DNA from: an uncultured Clostridia bacterium
GTDB lineage: Bacteria > Bacillota > Clostridia > Christensenellales > Borkfalkiaceae
Direction: 5' to 3'
NCBI GenBank assembly: GCA_947624215.1
Contig: CANQJJ010000006.1
Coordinates: 3,754 to 67,753 of the forward strand
DNA length: 64,000 nt
The notes beneath the pieces were generated by a model. The model had not been told where the DNA came from, ran no database searches, and saw nothing but the letters and a program-made list of their open reading frames with translations. The translations under genes were made by a program, and so were the position numbers. This document shows, piece by piece, positions 51,591 to 61,200 of the stretch; position 1 is the first letter of the stretch, and each line of letters starts with the position of its first letter.

Positions 51591-52709
51591 TTATCTCCTT
51601 GCCTTGGGATCGAGCGCGTCGCGGAGGCCGTCGCCGATGAAGTTGAACCCGAGCACCGCGATGATGATGCAGATGCCGGGAGGCCCCCATACGTTGAAGA
51701 AGTTTCTGAGCACGTTGGTATCCTCGGTGACGATGTTGATCATCACGCCCCACGAGGCGCCGCCCTTCATGCCGAGGCCCAAGTAGGAGAGCGTGGCCTC
51801 GGAGAGGATCATGCTGCCGAGCGAAAGCGTCATGGAGACGATGAGCTGCGGAAGCACGTTGGGGATGAGGTGTTTGAAGATCTTTCTCGACGTGGAGAAG
51901 CCCATTGCCTCGGCGGCGACCATGTATTCCTGCTCGCGGAGGAACAGGATCTGCCCGCGCACGAGACGGGCGATGCCCGGCCACGAGAGAAGGGTCAAAA
52001 ACAACATGAGATAGTAGATACGCATATACGATTCCACATGCCATGAGTCGAACAGCGTACCGATGATGAGCATCAAGGGAAGGCTGGGCAGGCACATGAG
52101 GATATCGCATAGTCGCATGATGACGTTATCCACCCAGCCGCCGAAGTAGCCCGAGATGCCGCCGAAGATGACGCCCAGGATGGTGACGACAAAGACGGCG
52201 AGGAAGCTGATGGACATGGAGACGCGGCCGCCGTACATGAGACGGGTGAGCACGTCGCGTCCGCTCTTGTCCGTGCCGAGGATGTGGTCCCCCGACATGG
52301 GCGAGAGGATGTTGATCTCACGGTAGGTCTCGGCGACCTGGTAGTAGGTATGCTCCACGCCGCTGTCGTCGGTATAGGTGACGATGTCGTAGCTATACTC
52401 CGTCTTGCCGGAGAAGTCCATCGTCTCCTCGCCCCATTGGTTGTAGAACACGGGGCCGAGCCATGCGAAGAGGAGCAGGGCCACGATCATGACGAGGCCG
52501 ATGACGGAGAGCTTGGAACGGAAGAAGCGGCGGGCGACCATGCGGCCGGGCGAGAGCAAGCGCACGTTCTTATCGAGCGCGTTCTCCTCATCGCGGGCCT
52601 CCATGAGGGCCTCTTCATCCGAGACGGGCACGCTGCCGAGCATGCCGAGCTCTTCCTCGGAGCGAAGTTCGGTTTCGGGAATGTTTTGTTCGTTCTTGAA
52701 TTCGTCCAT
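51591..52709 (-). CDS. oppC: ABC transporter permease (OppC-like) with an acidic N-terminal extension
   Basis: TM-rich protein with the BPD-transport EAA-type region EAAEAMGFSTSRKIFKHLIPN. Sits between the OppB-like and OppD-like genes. Confidence 0.9.
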   Translation of the reverse strand: MDEFKNEQNIPETELRSEEELGMLGSVPVSDEEALMEARDEENALDKNVRLLSPGRMVARRFFRSKLSVIGLVMIVALLLFAWLGPVFYNQWGEETMDFSGKTEYSYDIVTYTDDSGVEHTYYQVAETYREINILSPMSGDHILGTDKSGRDVLTRLMYGGRVSMSISFLAVFVVTILGVIFGGISGYFGGWVDNVIMRLCDILMCLPSLPLMLIIGTLFDSWHVESYMRIYYLMLFLTLLSWPGIARLVRGQILFLREQEYMVAAEAMGFSTSRKIFKHLIPNVLPQLIVSMTLSLGSMILSEATLSYLGLGMKGGASWGVMINIVTEDTNVLRNFFNVWGPPGICIIIAVLGFNFIGDGLRDALDPKARR

Positions 52710-52719
52710 ATCGTCCTCC

Positions 52720-53712
52720 TCAGTAGAGCTTGACGCGCGGGTCTACGACGGCATACATGAGGTCGGACAAGAGCACGCCGATGACGCTGAGAAGCGCAAG
52801 GAACATGTTATACCCCATGATGAAGGGGATATCGCCTGCCTGCATTGCCGAGAGTGCGATGTTCCCGATGCCGGGGAGGTCGAAGACCTGCTCGGTGATC
52901 ATGGCGCCCGAGAAGAGCGAGGGAAGAACGCCCGCGAGCATGGTGACGATGGGGATCATCGTGTTGCGGAAGGCATGCTTATAGATGACTTTATTTTCGG
53001 GAAGGCCCTTCGCACGCGCGGTGCGGATGTAGTCGGCGTTCAGCACTTCGAGCATGTTGGTGCGCATATAGCGCATCGTGCCGCCGATGCTCAGGATGGT
53101 CATGACGAAGATGGGCAGCATAACGTGCCAGAATTGGTCGATCATGACCATGATGCCCGTGTAGCCCTTGGAGGTATCCTCGAGGCCTGCGGGCGGGAAC
53201 CAGCCAAAGTTCATCGCGAGAACGCTCTGCAAGAAGCGCCCGAAGAAGAAGGAGGGCAGGGAGATGCCGATCATGACGAGCACGGTGACGGTGTAGTCGC
53301 GCACGGAATATTGGTGCGTGGCGGCCGTGACGCCGAGCGGAATGGCGATGAGATATTCGAAGATCATCGAGATGAAGGCGATGATGAAGGAGGTCCCCAT
53401 GTGGGAGACGATCTCGTCGAGGACGGGGCCGCCGTATTTCCAGCTCGTGCCGAGGTCGCCCTTCAAGAGCGCGCCGAGCCAATTGCCATAGCCGCTGAGG
53501 ATCCCCAAAAAGCTGCTGTCGTCCAGACCGTACATCTTATACATCGCCTGCACAACTTCCTCGGGGATCTGCGCGCCGCCCTGGTTCATCGCATTGATCT
53601 TATCCTGAACAAAGCTCACGGGCATCATGCGCACGAGCACATATAGGATGAGGGAGACGCCCAAAAGGATGAGGATCGCGAGACCCAATCGTTTGAGAAT
53701 GTATTTCAGCAT
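52720..53712 (-). CDS. oppB: ABC transporter permease (OppB-like)
   Basis: ORF trimmed to the ATG at 53712 (MLKYILKRLGLAILILLGVSLILYVL..., the canonical OppB/DppB N-terminus). EAA-type region DYIRTARAKGLPENKVIYKHAFRN. Confidence 0.9.
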   Translation of the reverse strand: MLKYILKRLGLAILILLGVSLILYVLVRMMPVSFVQDKINAMNQGGAQIPEEVVQAMYKMYGLDDSSFLGILSGYGNWLGALLKGDLGTSWKYGGPVLDEIVSHMGTSFIIAFISMIFEYLIAIPLGVTAATHQYSVRDYTVTVLVMIGISLPSFFFGRFLQSVLAMNFGWFPPAGLEDTSKGYTGIMVMIDQFWHVMLPIFVMTILSIGGTMRYMRTNMLEVLNADYIRTARAKGLPENKVIYKHAFRNTMIPIVTMLAGVLPSLFSGAMITEQVFDLPGIGNIALSAMQAGDIPFIMGYNMFLALLSVIGVLLSDLMYAVVDPRVKLY

Positions 53713-53781
53713 GAAACTTCTCCGCGTGTTTTTTTGTTTATTTCCTGTCTGCCCCGCCGTCGGGGGCAATAAAACGGGATG

Positions 53782-53810
53782 CCTTCCCCGCAAAAATTTC
53801 ACGGGGAAGG
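53782..53810 (-). promoter_or_regulatory. 9-bp stem hairpin between the binding-protein and permease genes (possible partial terminator or mRNA-stability element)
   Basis: ccttccccg (53782-53790) pairs with cggggaagg (53802-53810). On the minus strand it is followed by catcccgtttta and a second small hairpin at 53750-53768. Confidence 0.45.
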
Positions 53811-53848
53811 TCCCTTTCTACCTGTTTGCTCTGTATGTTCCGCTTTTT

Positions 53849-56635
53849 TTAGGCGAATTTCACTTCCCAGATACGGGAGAGCGGCGAGGTGTAGGAGTTG
53901 ATCTCTTCGGGCAGGGAGTTCTTGTCGATGACGTTCGCGTTGTAGGCATAGAGCGTCTTGCGCTGGTAGACGGGAAGCTCCACGGCGAGGTCGAGCACTT
54001 TGCCCATCGCCTGCTTGTAGAGGTCGGCACGGTCTTTGATCACATTGGTCTCGCGGGCCTTTTCGATGAGCGTCGAGAGGCTGGTGAGTATCGACATCTC
54101 CTCCTTATAGGTGGTCTGATTGGCAAGGATCTCGCGGTAGCCCCACGCATAGACGGAGGTCGCCGTGGAATTCTTGTGGTAGACCTGATACATATCGGGG
54201 TCGATGGTGGAGCCCCACGCCGCCGCCCACACGGTAAGGCTACCCGTGGCGAGCTTGGTGAGTGCCTGCACGTCGGAGATGACCTCGACGTTCCAGCCGC
54301 AGTCGTTCAGAAGCTCTTTGGCGTGCTCCATGACGTTGTAGCAAGGGTGATCGGTGAGGTTGGAGCCCGCGATCGTGAACTGGAAGGTGAGCGCGGACCT
54401 GTCGTTTGCGTTGACGCCCGCCTGCTGCATGTACTTTCTGATGTTCGCCTTGGCCGTCTCGTCGTTGATGAATCTGGTGTAGTCGTGGTCGGTGCCGTTG
54501 TTGTCTTCCTTGTTGAGGAGCGGGTTGGCGGGATCGAGCGTGTTGCCAGCGGTGCGGGGATATGCCCAGCTGACGAGGGACATCGGCCAATAGATGGTGG
54601 CGGCGTCGCCGGGGTTATAGTAGCTGATGGCGAGCGTGGTGTTCATGGCCGACATGATGGCCTTGCGGAGGGCGAGCTTGGGTACCTTGCCCGCATTGAT
54701 GCCGATGTAGCCGTAGCCGAGCTGCCACGTGTTGACGCTCTCGAAGCCGTCCTTTGCCATGTTCTGCAAGGTCTGCCCGTTCTCCTTGGTGAGCTGGGGC
54801 TCGACGAAGTGGACGCTGCCGCTCTGCAACTGGTAGAGGGCGTTGGTCGAGGAGACGACCTGATAGTTCATGCGCTTGATGAACGGAGGATGCAGGGTGT
54901 CTGCGGCGTCCTCGACGTTGGCAAAGAAGTTCTCGTTGGCCTTATAGTAGACGATGTTGTTGCTGAGGAAGTCGTTTGCCGCGGGGTTGTCGCCGCCGTC
55001 GCGGTTGGTCGCGACATAGGGCCCTGCGCCGAGCGGCACCTTGTTCTTGCTCACGCCGTGGGAATTGGGACCCTGCAGCACGTCGGTGTGGTAGCTGAAG
55101 GAACCCCATTCAAGGCCGAACTTGTTCGCCTTGATGTCGATGGGATACTTCGCGGGGTCGGAATAGTAGTGATAGGGCGCAATGGTGAGGCCGAAGTTCC
55201 AGATGGCCTTGGGGTCGATCTTGTTGATGCGGATGCGGAGAACGGCATATTCGCCCGCGTTCTTCACGGTGCCGTCCGCATTGTAGTCGTGGGCGACCGT
55301 GTATTCCTTGACGGTGCCGTCTTCATGCGTGATGGAGACCTTCTGCTCCGTCGTGGTGTGGCCGAGAGACTGGATGCCCGAGATGTTGGGATAGGGCTTC
55401 TCGCCGCCTTTCAGACGCTCGTGCAGGATGACGTCCTTGGCCTTACCGACGTAGTTGCCGAGCACGGTGCTGCCCGTCGCCCATAAGGTGAGGACCTGGT
55501 CGAGATGGTTGGAGATCTTGCTCTCGAGAACAAATTTGATGGCATTCTCGCGGGCTACGGCGGGGTCGCTGTTTTCCAAAGCAAGGGCGTAGGTCTTTTC
55601 GGAAGTTGCGATGTCGTTTTTCTTGACGATGTGGTTCTTGTCCTCTTTCATCACGCCGTCGACCATCTGTCTATCAAAGGCGAGGGTGATGTAGCCCTCC
55701 ATATACATGAAGGAGATGAAGTCCTTATCGGGGCCGTCGAACTTGATGTCGGAGTCGTTCGCACCCTCTTTGCCCGCCTTGGGAACATAGGGCGGCTCCT
55801 GATAGGCGTCCTTGGCGGCGTTGTAGTCGTTGTTGAGTTCCTCTTCGAAGAGCCTTACGACTTCGTTGTAGTCGGCAAGGATCTGCTCGCGTGCGAGCGC
55901 CTCGGCGTCGCCTTCGGTAGGCGTTCCGTTGGGCCAGATCGCCTTCTTATAGGCAGGAGAGGTGTTGTATTCGTTTTTGAGGAAGTCCCGCATGTCTTCG
56001 ATGGGGGCGTCGTAGGATTCGGGCGAGGGCGTGTTGCCGTCGAGCTTGGTGTCGAGGGCCTTAAACGCCGTGATGAGCTCCTCCCTGCGGTCCTTTGCGC
56101 GGCCGGCCGCACCCGTCGTGAGCGCTTCGTCGTTGGCCGTGCCGCCGTCGGAAGTGCGCTGCTGCGTGCGATACTCGTTGAGGCCGACGATGTCCGTCGA
56201 GTACATGGTCGAGGAGCCCGTGTAGGCGGGGTCGAGGTAGACGTAAATGTTGAAGAGCACGTCGTTCATCGTGAGGGGGGTGCCGTCCGAGAAGACGATG
56301 CCGTTCTTCAGGACGAACGTGTAGTCGGTATACTGCTTGCCGCCCTCCGTGAGCGTCTGCTGCATGAAGTCCTTGACGACGACGGGTTCGGCGTCGCCAT
56401 AGGAGATCTCGCCCTTGCTGTCCGTGTTGAACATGGAGATCTGCGTCTGCCCGACGACGTCCATATCCGTCCCTGCCGTCGAATAGAAGGGATTGAAGAG
56501 TCCGTTCAGTTCCTCCGTCATGATGACGAGGGTCTTCTCGCCGGACTGGCAACCGGCCAGCACCGAGAAGGCGCCGAGCCCGAGAGCCGCCGCGAGGACG
56601 AGGGATACTGTCTTCACTGCCTTTTTGTGTTTCAT
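53849..56635 (-). CDS. Family-5 (OppA/DppA-type) ABC substrate-binding lipoprotein, unusually large (928 aa)
   Basis: Canonical lipobox MKHKKAVKTVSLVLAAALGLGAFSVLAGC. SBP_bac_5-like stretches (LNGLFNPFYSTAGTD..., GAGPYV, ...YGYIGINAGKVP). Positioned at the head of the permease/ATPase genes. Confidence 0.85.
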   Translation of the reverse strand: MKHKKAVKTVSLVLAAALGLGAFSVLAGCQSGEKTLVIMTEELNGLFNPFYSTAGTDMDVVGQTQISMFNTDSKGEISYGDAEPVVVKDFMQQTLTEGGKQYTDYTFVLKNGIVFSDGTPLTMNDVLFNIYVYLDPAYTGSSTMYSTDIVGLNEYRTQQRTSDGGTANDEALTTGAAGRAKDRREELITAFKALDTKLDGNTPSPESYDAPIEDMRDFLKNEYNTSPAYKKAIWPNGTPTEGDAEALAREQILADYNEVVRLFEEELNNDYNAAKDAYQEPPYVPKAGKEGANDSDIKFDGPDKDFISFMYMEGYITLAFDRQMVDGVMKEDKNHIVKKNDIATSEKTYALALENSDPAVARENAIKFVLESKISNHLDQVLTLWATGSTVLGNYVGKAKDVILHERLKGGEKPYPNISGIQSLGHTTTEQKVSITHEDGTVKEYTVAHDYNADGTVKNAGEYAVLRIRINKIDPKAIWNFGLTIAPYHYYSDPAKYPIDIKANKFGLEWGSFSYHTDVLQGPNSHGVSKNKVPLGAGPYVATNRDGGDNPAANDFLSNNIVYYKANENFFANVEDAADTLHPPFIKRMNYQVVSSTNALYQLQSGSVHFVEPQLTKENGQTLQNMAKDGFESVNTWQLGYGYIGINAGKVPKLALRKAIMSAMNTTLAISYYNPGDAATIYWPMSLVSWAYPRTAGNTLDPANPLLNKEDNNGTDHDYTRFINDETAKANIRKYMQQAGVNANDRSALTFQFTIAGSNLTDHPCYNVMEHAKELLNDCGWNVEVISDVQALTKLATGSLTVWAAAWGSTIDPDMYQVYHKNSTATSVYAWGYREILANQTTYKEEMSILTSLSTLIEKARETNVIKDRADLYKQAMGKVLDLAVELPVYQRKTLYAYNANVIDKNSLPEEINSYTSPLSRIWEVKFA

Positions 56636-56663
56636 TTCTATGTCCTCCGTTTTATTTCCGAAT

Positions 56664-58214
56664 TTAATTTGCTTGGGGATTGGGGTCTTGGCCGGGCGTG
56701 TCGTTTACGGTGACGGTGACCCTGCCGTCTGCGCCTGCGGACGCCTTGACCGTCCATTTGTAGGTCCATCCGCCCGCGGTCTCGTCGTATCTGTCTTCCA
56801 CCTTGTCGACGACGACGTTGATGTTGTCTGAGGAGATGCCGCACGTCTCGAGGTTGCCGCTCAAAAGCCCGATCTCATAGTTGGTGAAGTTGCTCGTTGC
56901 AATGAGATCGCCGAGGTGGAGCGTGCCCGAGACGGTGACCCCCTCGATGTCCGCGTCCGCGCTGAGCGTGCCCGCGAACAGACCGTAGCTGCCGCCCTGC
57001 CGCGTGGTGCCGACGAGGGTGAGGGAGATGTTCTCGAACTTGACGTTTTCGATCTTCGCCTTCTCGGTGATCGAGGCAAAGACGCCGCCTGCCGTGAGAG
57101 TACCGTTCTCCTGATTCCCCGCGATATTGCGGATCGTGTGGTCATTGCCCACGATGACGCCCCCGAAGGAGAGGTTGCTGCCGCTCCACGAGACCTCGTT
57201 TACGGTCACGTTCCCCTCTTCATCCTCCACCGTAGGCCTGAAATCGAGGTCGGCGAGGATCTCATAGGCGCCGTCGGAGGTGAGGTTGCTGCTGAACTGC
57301 TGGGGCGTCTTGATGTGATACCAGACGCGCTCGCGCCATGTGGTGTAGATGCGCTTGACATTGTCGACGCCGACGCCGTGTTGCATATCGAAACTGCCGC
57401 CGTGCGGGATGGCGGGCACCTGCGTTCCCGTGGCCCCCACCGTCGCGGAGCAATTGTCCGCGGTGACGTCGTCCATATTGTTGTCTGCGAGGGGCTTTGT
57501 GAGGGCCTCGTCGAGGTACATCCCGGTGAGCGAGTAGGTCATCTCCTCGGTGCTGTACACGGGGACGTTGTTGTAGTCGAGGCGGCCCGTTTCCTCATTC
57601 CATGCGGGGACGGCGATGTCTCCGCCCGTGGGCCTCGTCGCACTGCCGTAATACACCCATTTGCCCTCCTCCTGCCGGTAGAAATCATAGCTGAAGTTGG
57701 GCGTCCATGCGGCGTAGAGGGTGAGGCGGTAAGTCGTCCCCCACGTCTCCTCTTGGGGAGTGAGATCCTGAAGGGTAAGGGCGCGGGAGCCGAACTCCCA
57801 CAGCCCGCTGTAAGTATACCCCTGCTCGCGGCCGGATACCTCGCAGAGCTCGCCGTAGTCGTCGACGGGCTTGCCGCCCTCCGCGCGGGGTTGGCGCTCC
57901 GTATACCATCCGATGAGCTGGTAGCCCGAGCGGGTGATCGTGCTCCTGCTCGCGGCGTCCTTCCCGCGTGCGGCGTCCCCGGGGGGAAGAAGTTTGAGCC
58001 CCGCCTCGACGTCGCCGTAGCGGTAGACGTCGTTGATGGCGATGTTCGGGTCGCCCGCGAAGAGGCCGCCGTTCCGTTCGAACGTCACGATGACGTTGGC
58101 CCCGCTCTCGCCGAAATCGGAGTAGGTGGTGTCGGCATGGGCACACGCGCCGAGCGCAAACGTGCCCACCATGGCCGCACCGAGAACTATCAGAAGTTTC
58201 GTCTTTCTTTTCAT
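56664..58214 (-). CDS. Surface lipoprotein (516 aa) with a B-repeat module and a GLUG-like beta-rich C-terminal region
   Basis: Lipobox MKRKTKLLIVLGAAMVGTFALGAC. B-repeat YQLIGWYTERQP. The segments GGVFASITEKAKIENVKF and YGLFAGTLSADADIEGVTVSG. Confidence 0.75.
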   Translation of the reverse strand: MKRKTKLLIVLGAAMVGTFALGACAHADTTYSDFGESGANVIVTFERNGGLFAGDPNIAINDVYRYGDVEAGLKLLPPGDAARGKDAASRSTITRSGYQLIGWYTERQPRAEGGKPVDDYGELCEVSGREQGYTYSGLWEFGSRALTLQDLTPQEETWGTTYRLTLYAAWTPNFSYDFYRQEEGKWVYYGSATRPTGGDIAVPAWNEETGRLDYNNVPVYSTEEMTYSLTGMYLDEALTKPLADNNMDDVTADNCSATVGATGTQVPAIPHGGSFDMQHGVGVDNVKRIYTTWRERVWYHIKTPQQFSSNLTSDGAYEILADLDFRPTVEDEEGNVTVNEVSWSGSNLSFGGVIVGNDHTIRNIAGNQENGTLTAGGVFASITEKAKIENVKFENISLTLVGTTRQGGSYGLFAGTLSADADIEGVTVSGTLHLGDLIATSNFTNYEIGLLSGNLETCGISSDNINVVVDKVEDRYDETAGGWTYKWTVKASAGADGRVTVTVNDTPGQDPNPQAN

Positions 58215-58232
58215 GCTTCACCTACCGCGGGT

Positions 58233-61200
58233 TCATTCGGAAATGCTGTCGTCGGGGCTGTCGGGGCCGTCTTGGCCGTCTTGGCCGTTCTGGTCCTCTT
58301 GGCCTTCGCCCGTTTCGTCTTTGTTCGCTTTCGCGATCTTGCGGCGGGTGACGAAGAGGAGCACGAACCCGACGATCGCCGCGGCGCCGAAGACGCCCAC
58401 GAGCACGCTCAAGGTGATGACGAGCGCATCGGGTTTTTCTCCGTCTGTTGCGGGCGGGTTAGGCGGCACCTCTCCGCCCTGCTGGGCCTTGAGGAAGTCG
58501 ATGGTGTTCTCCGCGGAGGTCAGCTTGTTGTACCAACCGCCGTTGAACACGATGCCGCGCTGTTCGTCGGAGACGATGAGGTCATACAGCCTGCGCGCCT
58601 CGGCGACCTGTGCCTCGTGGTCGAGGGTGATGGCGTCGGGAAGTGCCTCGATGGCGGCAATGGCGGTGAGAGTCGTCTGATCTGCCGCGGGCGCACCGTC
58701 GAGCGTGGAGCTGAAATACTGCCCGTAGATGAAGGAATCGTAGCCGACGCCGTTGGAGGGACGTACCATGACGAGGTCTCCCTCCCACCGGCCGATGTAG
58801 CCGACGAAGTTGGCGCCGAAGAAGAAGTTCGGGGGATCGAAGCTCATCGACGGGAATTTGAGGATCCCGAGGTCGGTGAACGCAACGCCATCCCGGAACG
58901 TGCCTGCGGCGGGCTGGGACGGGAAGTGGGTGACGTATCTGCCCTCCCCATCCACGATCTCCCGGCCGTTTTCATCCGTCTGCGTCAGTTCGGCGTAGGA
59001 TTCGTCGTACTGCTCTTCGAGGATGGGTGCGTCGAGGCTTTGGAAGGTGACGATGTTGAGGTTGTTGCACTCGTAGAAGGCCTTGTCGCCGATCGCACGC
59101 AGCGTGCTCGGTAGGGTGACCGCGAAGACGTTGCTCCCGCGGAAGGCATATGCGGAGATGCGGACGGTGTTATCCGCCACAACGAACTCGCGCGTATCCG
59201 CCGTCATGGGATAGGTGACGAGCACGCGGCCCGCAGGGGTGCCCTTGTAGAGGACGCCGCCGATGACTTCGATGCCCGCCTCTTCGTTGATGACAAAGTC
59301 GAAGACGGTGTTCGTTCCGACGGTCTGGCCGTGGAACTTCTCCTCCTCCGTCAGCGAGAAGGGCTTGAGCGGGCAGCCTGCGAAGGGATTTTCCCCGAGC
59401 TTTCCGAGCTTGCCCGTGAAGGTCACCGAGGTGATGCCCGTCGACATGAAGGCAAAGTCGCCGATCTCGGTGGCCGCGAGGCTGATGTCTCCCGCGAGCT
59501 TGGTGCTTGCAAACGCGCTCGCACCGATCGTCGCGACCTTGTCGAGACCATGGACGGTCGCAAGGTCGTCGGCAAGATAGAAGGCACCGTCGCCGAGGGT
59601 AACCCCCTCTTTGAGCGTGACCTCGGTGAACCATGTGCCCGCGAAGGCGAGCGCCCCGATCTCATCGAGCTTGGAAAGGTCTGCCTCGCCGAGCAAAGCC
59701 GCTAAGAAGGCAGCCTCCCCCACCTTGGTGACATTCTTGAGGTCCAACGTGGAGACGCTCGAGTAGGCAAAGGCAAATGCGGGGATCTCGGTGAGCTTGT
59801 CGCCGAGCGTAAGGCTGCCCGTGACGTCATTCTGGCTGTCGCCGAGGATGCGGTTGTAGGCAAAGGCGCTTTGCCCGAGCGTTTCGGCGGAGCTGAGATC
59901 GACGTTCATGATCTGGGGCGCCTGATACCACCCCAAGGCTCCAAGTTCGCGCTCTTCCCCGTCATTATAGACGATAAGCACCGTGGAGGCGGGACCCGAG
60001 AAGGCCTCGGCACCGACGGACTTGACCTTGGAGAGGTCGGCCGTGAGCGAAATAAAGCGATAATTTGTGACATTGCCCTGCGAATCGAGAATAGCTTCGA
60101 AATCCGAGCATCCGTAGAAGGCACCGTCGCCGATCACGGAGTTCTCACCTACGGTGAGGTTTTGCAGCACCGTGTTGAAAGAGAAGGCGTACGGGCCGAT
60201 TTCGACGTTATTGCCGATCGTGACGCTCGTGAGCGTCTCAGGCGAGATGATGTGAGTGTAATATTGGGTGTAAGAGGTCGTTTCGTCCACCCGGTAGCTT
60301 CTCATCGCGATGCGTTCGATGGCGATAACGGACTCGAATGCTTCGCTCCCGACAATGATATTGTTGCCGAGGGTGACGCTTGTGGCCGTCGTCCCGTAGA
60401 ACGCGCCTTCGCCGATCGTGAACGTCTCATCCCCTTTGCCCTCAATATTGATGGTCTTGAGCGCGGTGCCCGCGAAGGCGTAGCTGCCGATGGTATCGAG
60501 GGTGGCCGCAAATTTGGGAAGTTCCCTGATGGAGGTGCTTGCAAAGGCATAGCTGCCGATGGACTCAAGCTCACCGAGACTGACGCTGTTCAGCGCCGTG
60601 CACCCGTAGAAGGCGTTGTCGCCCACCCGCGTGACATTGGGCATGGTGACCGTCTTCACCGCCGTGAAGCTCGAGAAGGCGCCTGCGCCGATCTCCGTCA
60701 CTTGCACATCCTTGCCGTCCACCTTTACGGTGCTGAGCGAGAAAGCGGTGTTGGCGTTCGGGGCGACGTAGACGAGTTTCTCCCCTCCCTTGGCGACGAG
60801 GTAGGATTTCTCCGTGAGGGCCTCGAAGTTGGGGTTCTCGGAGGAGACGGTGAAGGCAGAGACGCCCGTGCCCGCGAAGGCCGCGGGGCCGATGCTCTCC
60901 ACATCCTTGCCGAGGGTGACGGTCTTGAAGTTAGTGCAGCCGTTGAAGGTGTCGTCGGGGATGACGGAGGCGTTCACGGTCATGCCGACGAGATAGGTGC
61001 ACCCTGCGAAGGCCGAGGGACCGAGCTTGATCTTGGAGGCGCGGATCTCGACGGTGATGAGTTCACTGTTTGCAAAGGCGGAGGCGCCGATGCTCTGTGC
61101 CGATGCGGGCAGGATGATGTTTCTCAGCTTGGTGGCGCGGAAGGCCTGATCGCCGATGGCGATGACTTTCGAGAAGGAATTCTGGCCGACGTTCGTGAGC

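Noticed and set aside
53627-59114. Plus-strand ORFs 53627..55486, 55505..56713 and 56916..59114
   Set aside because: They are antisense to the binding-protein, lipoprotein and subtilase genes and have shadow-frame composition.
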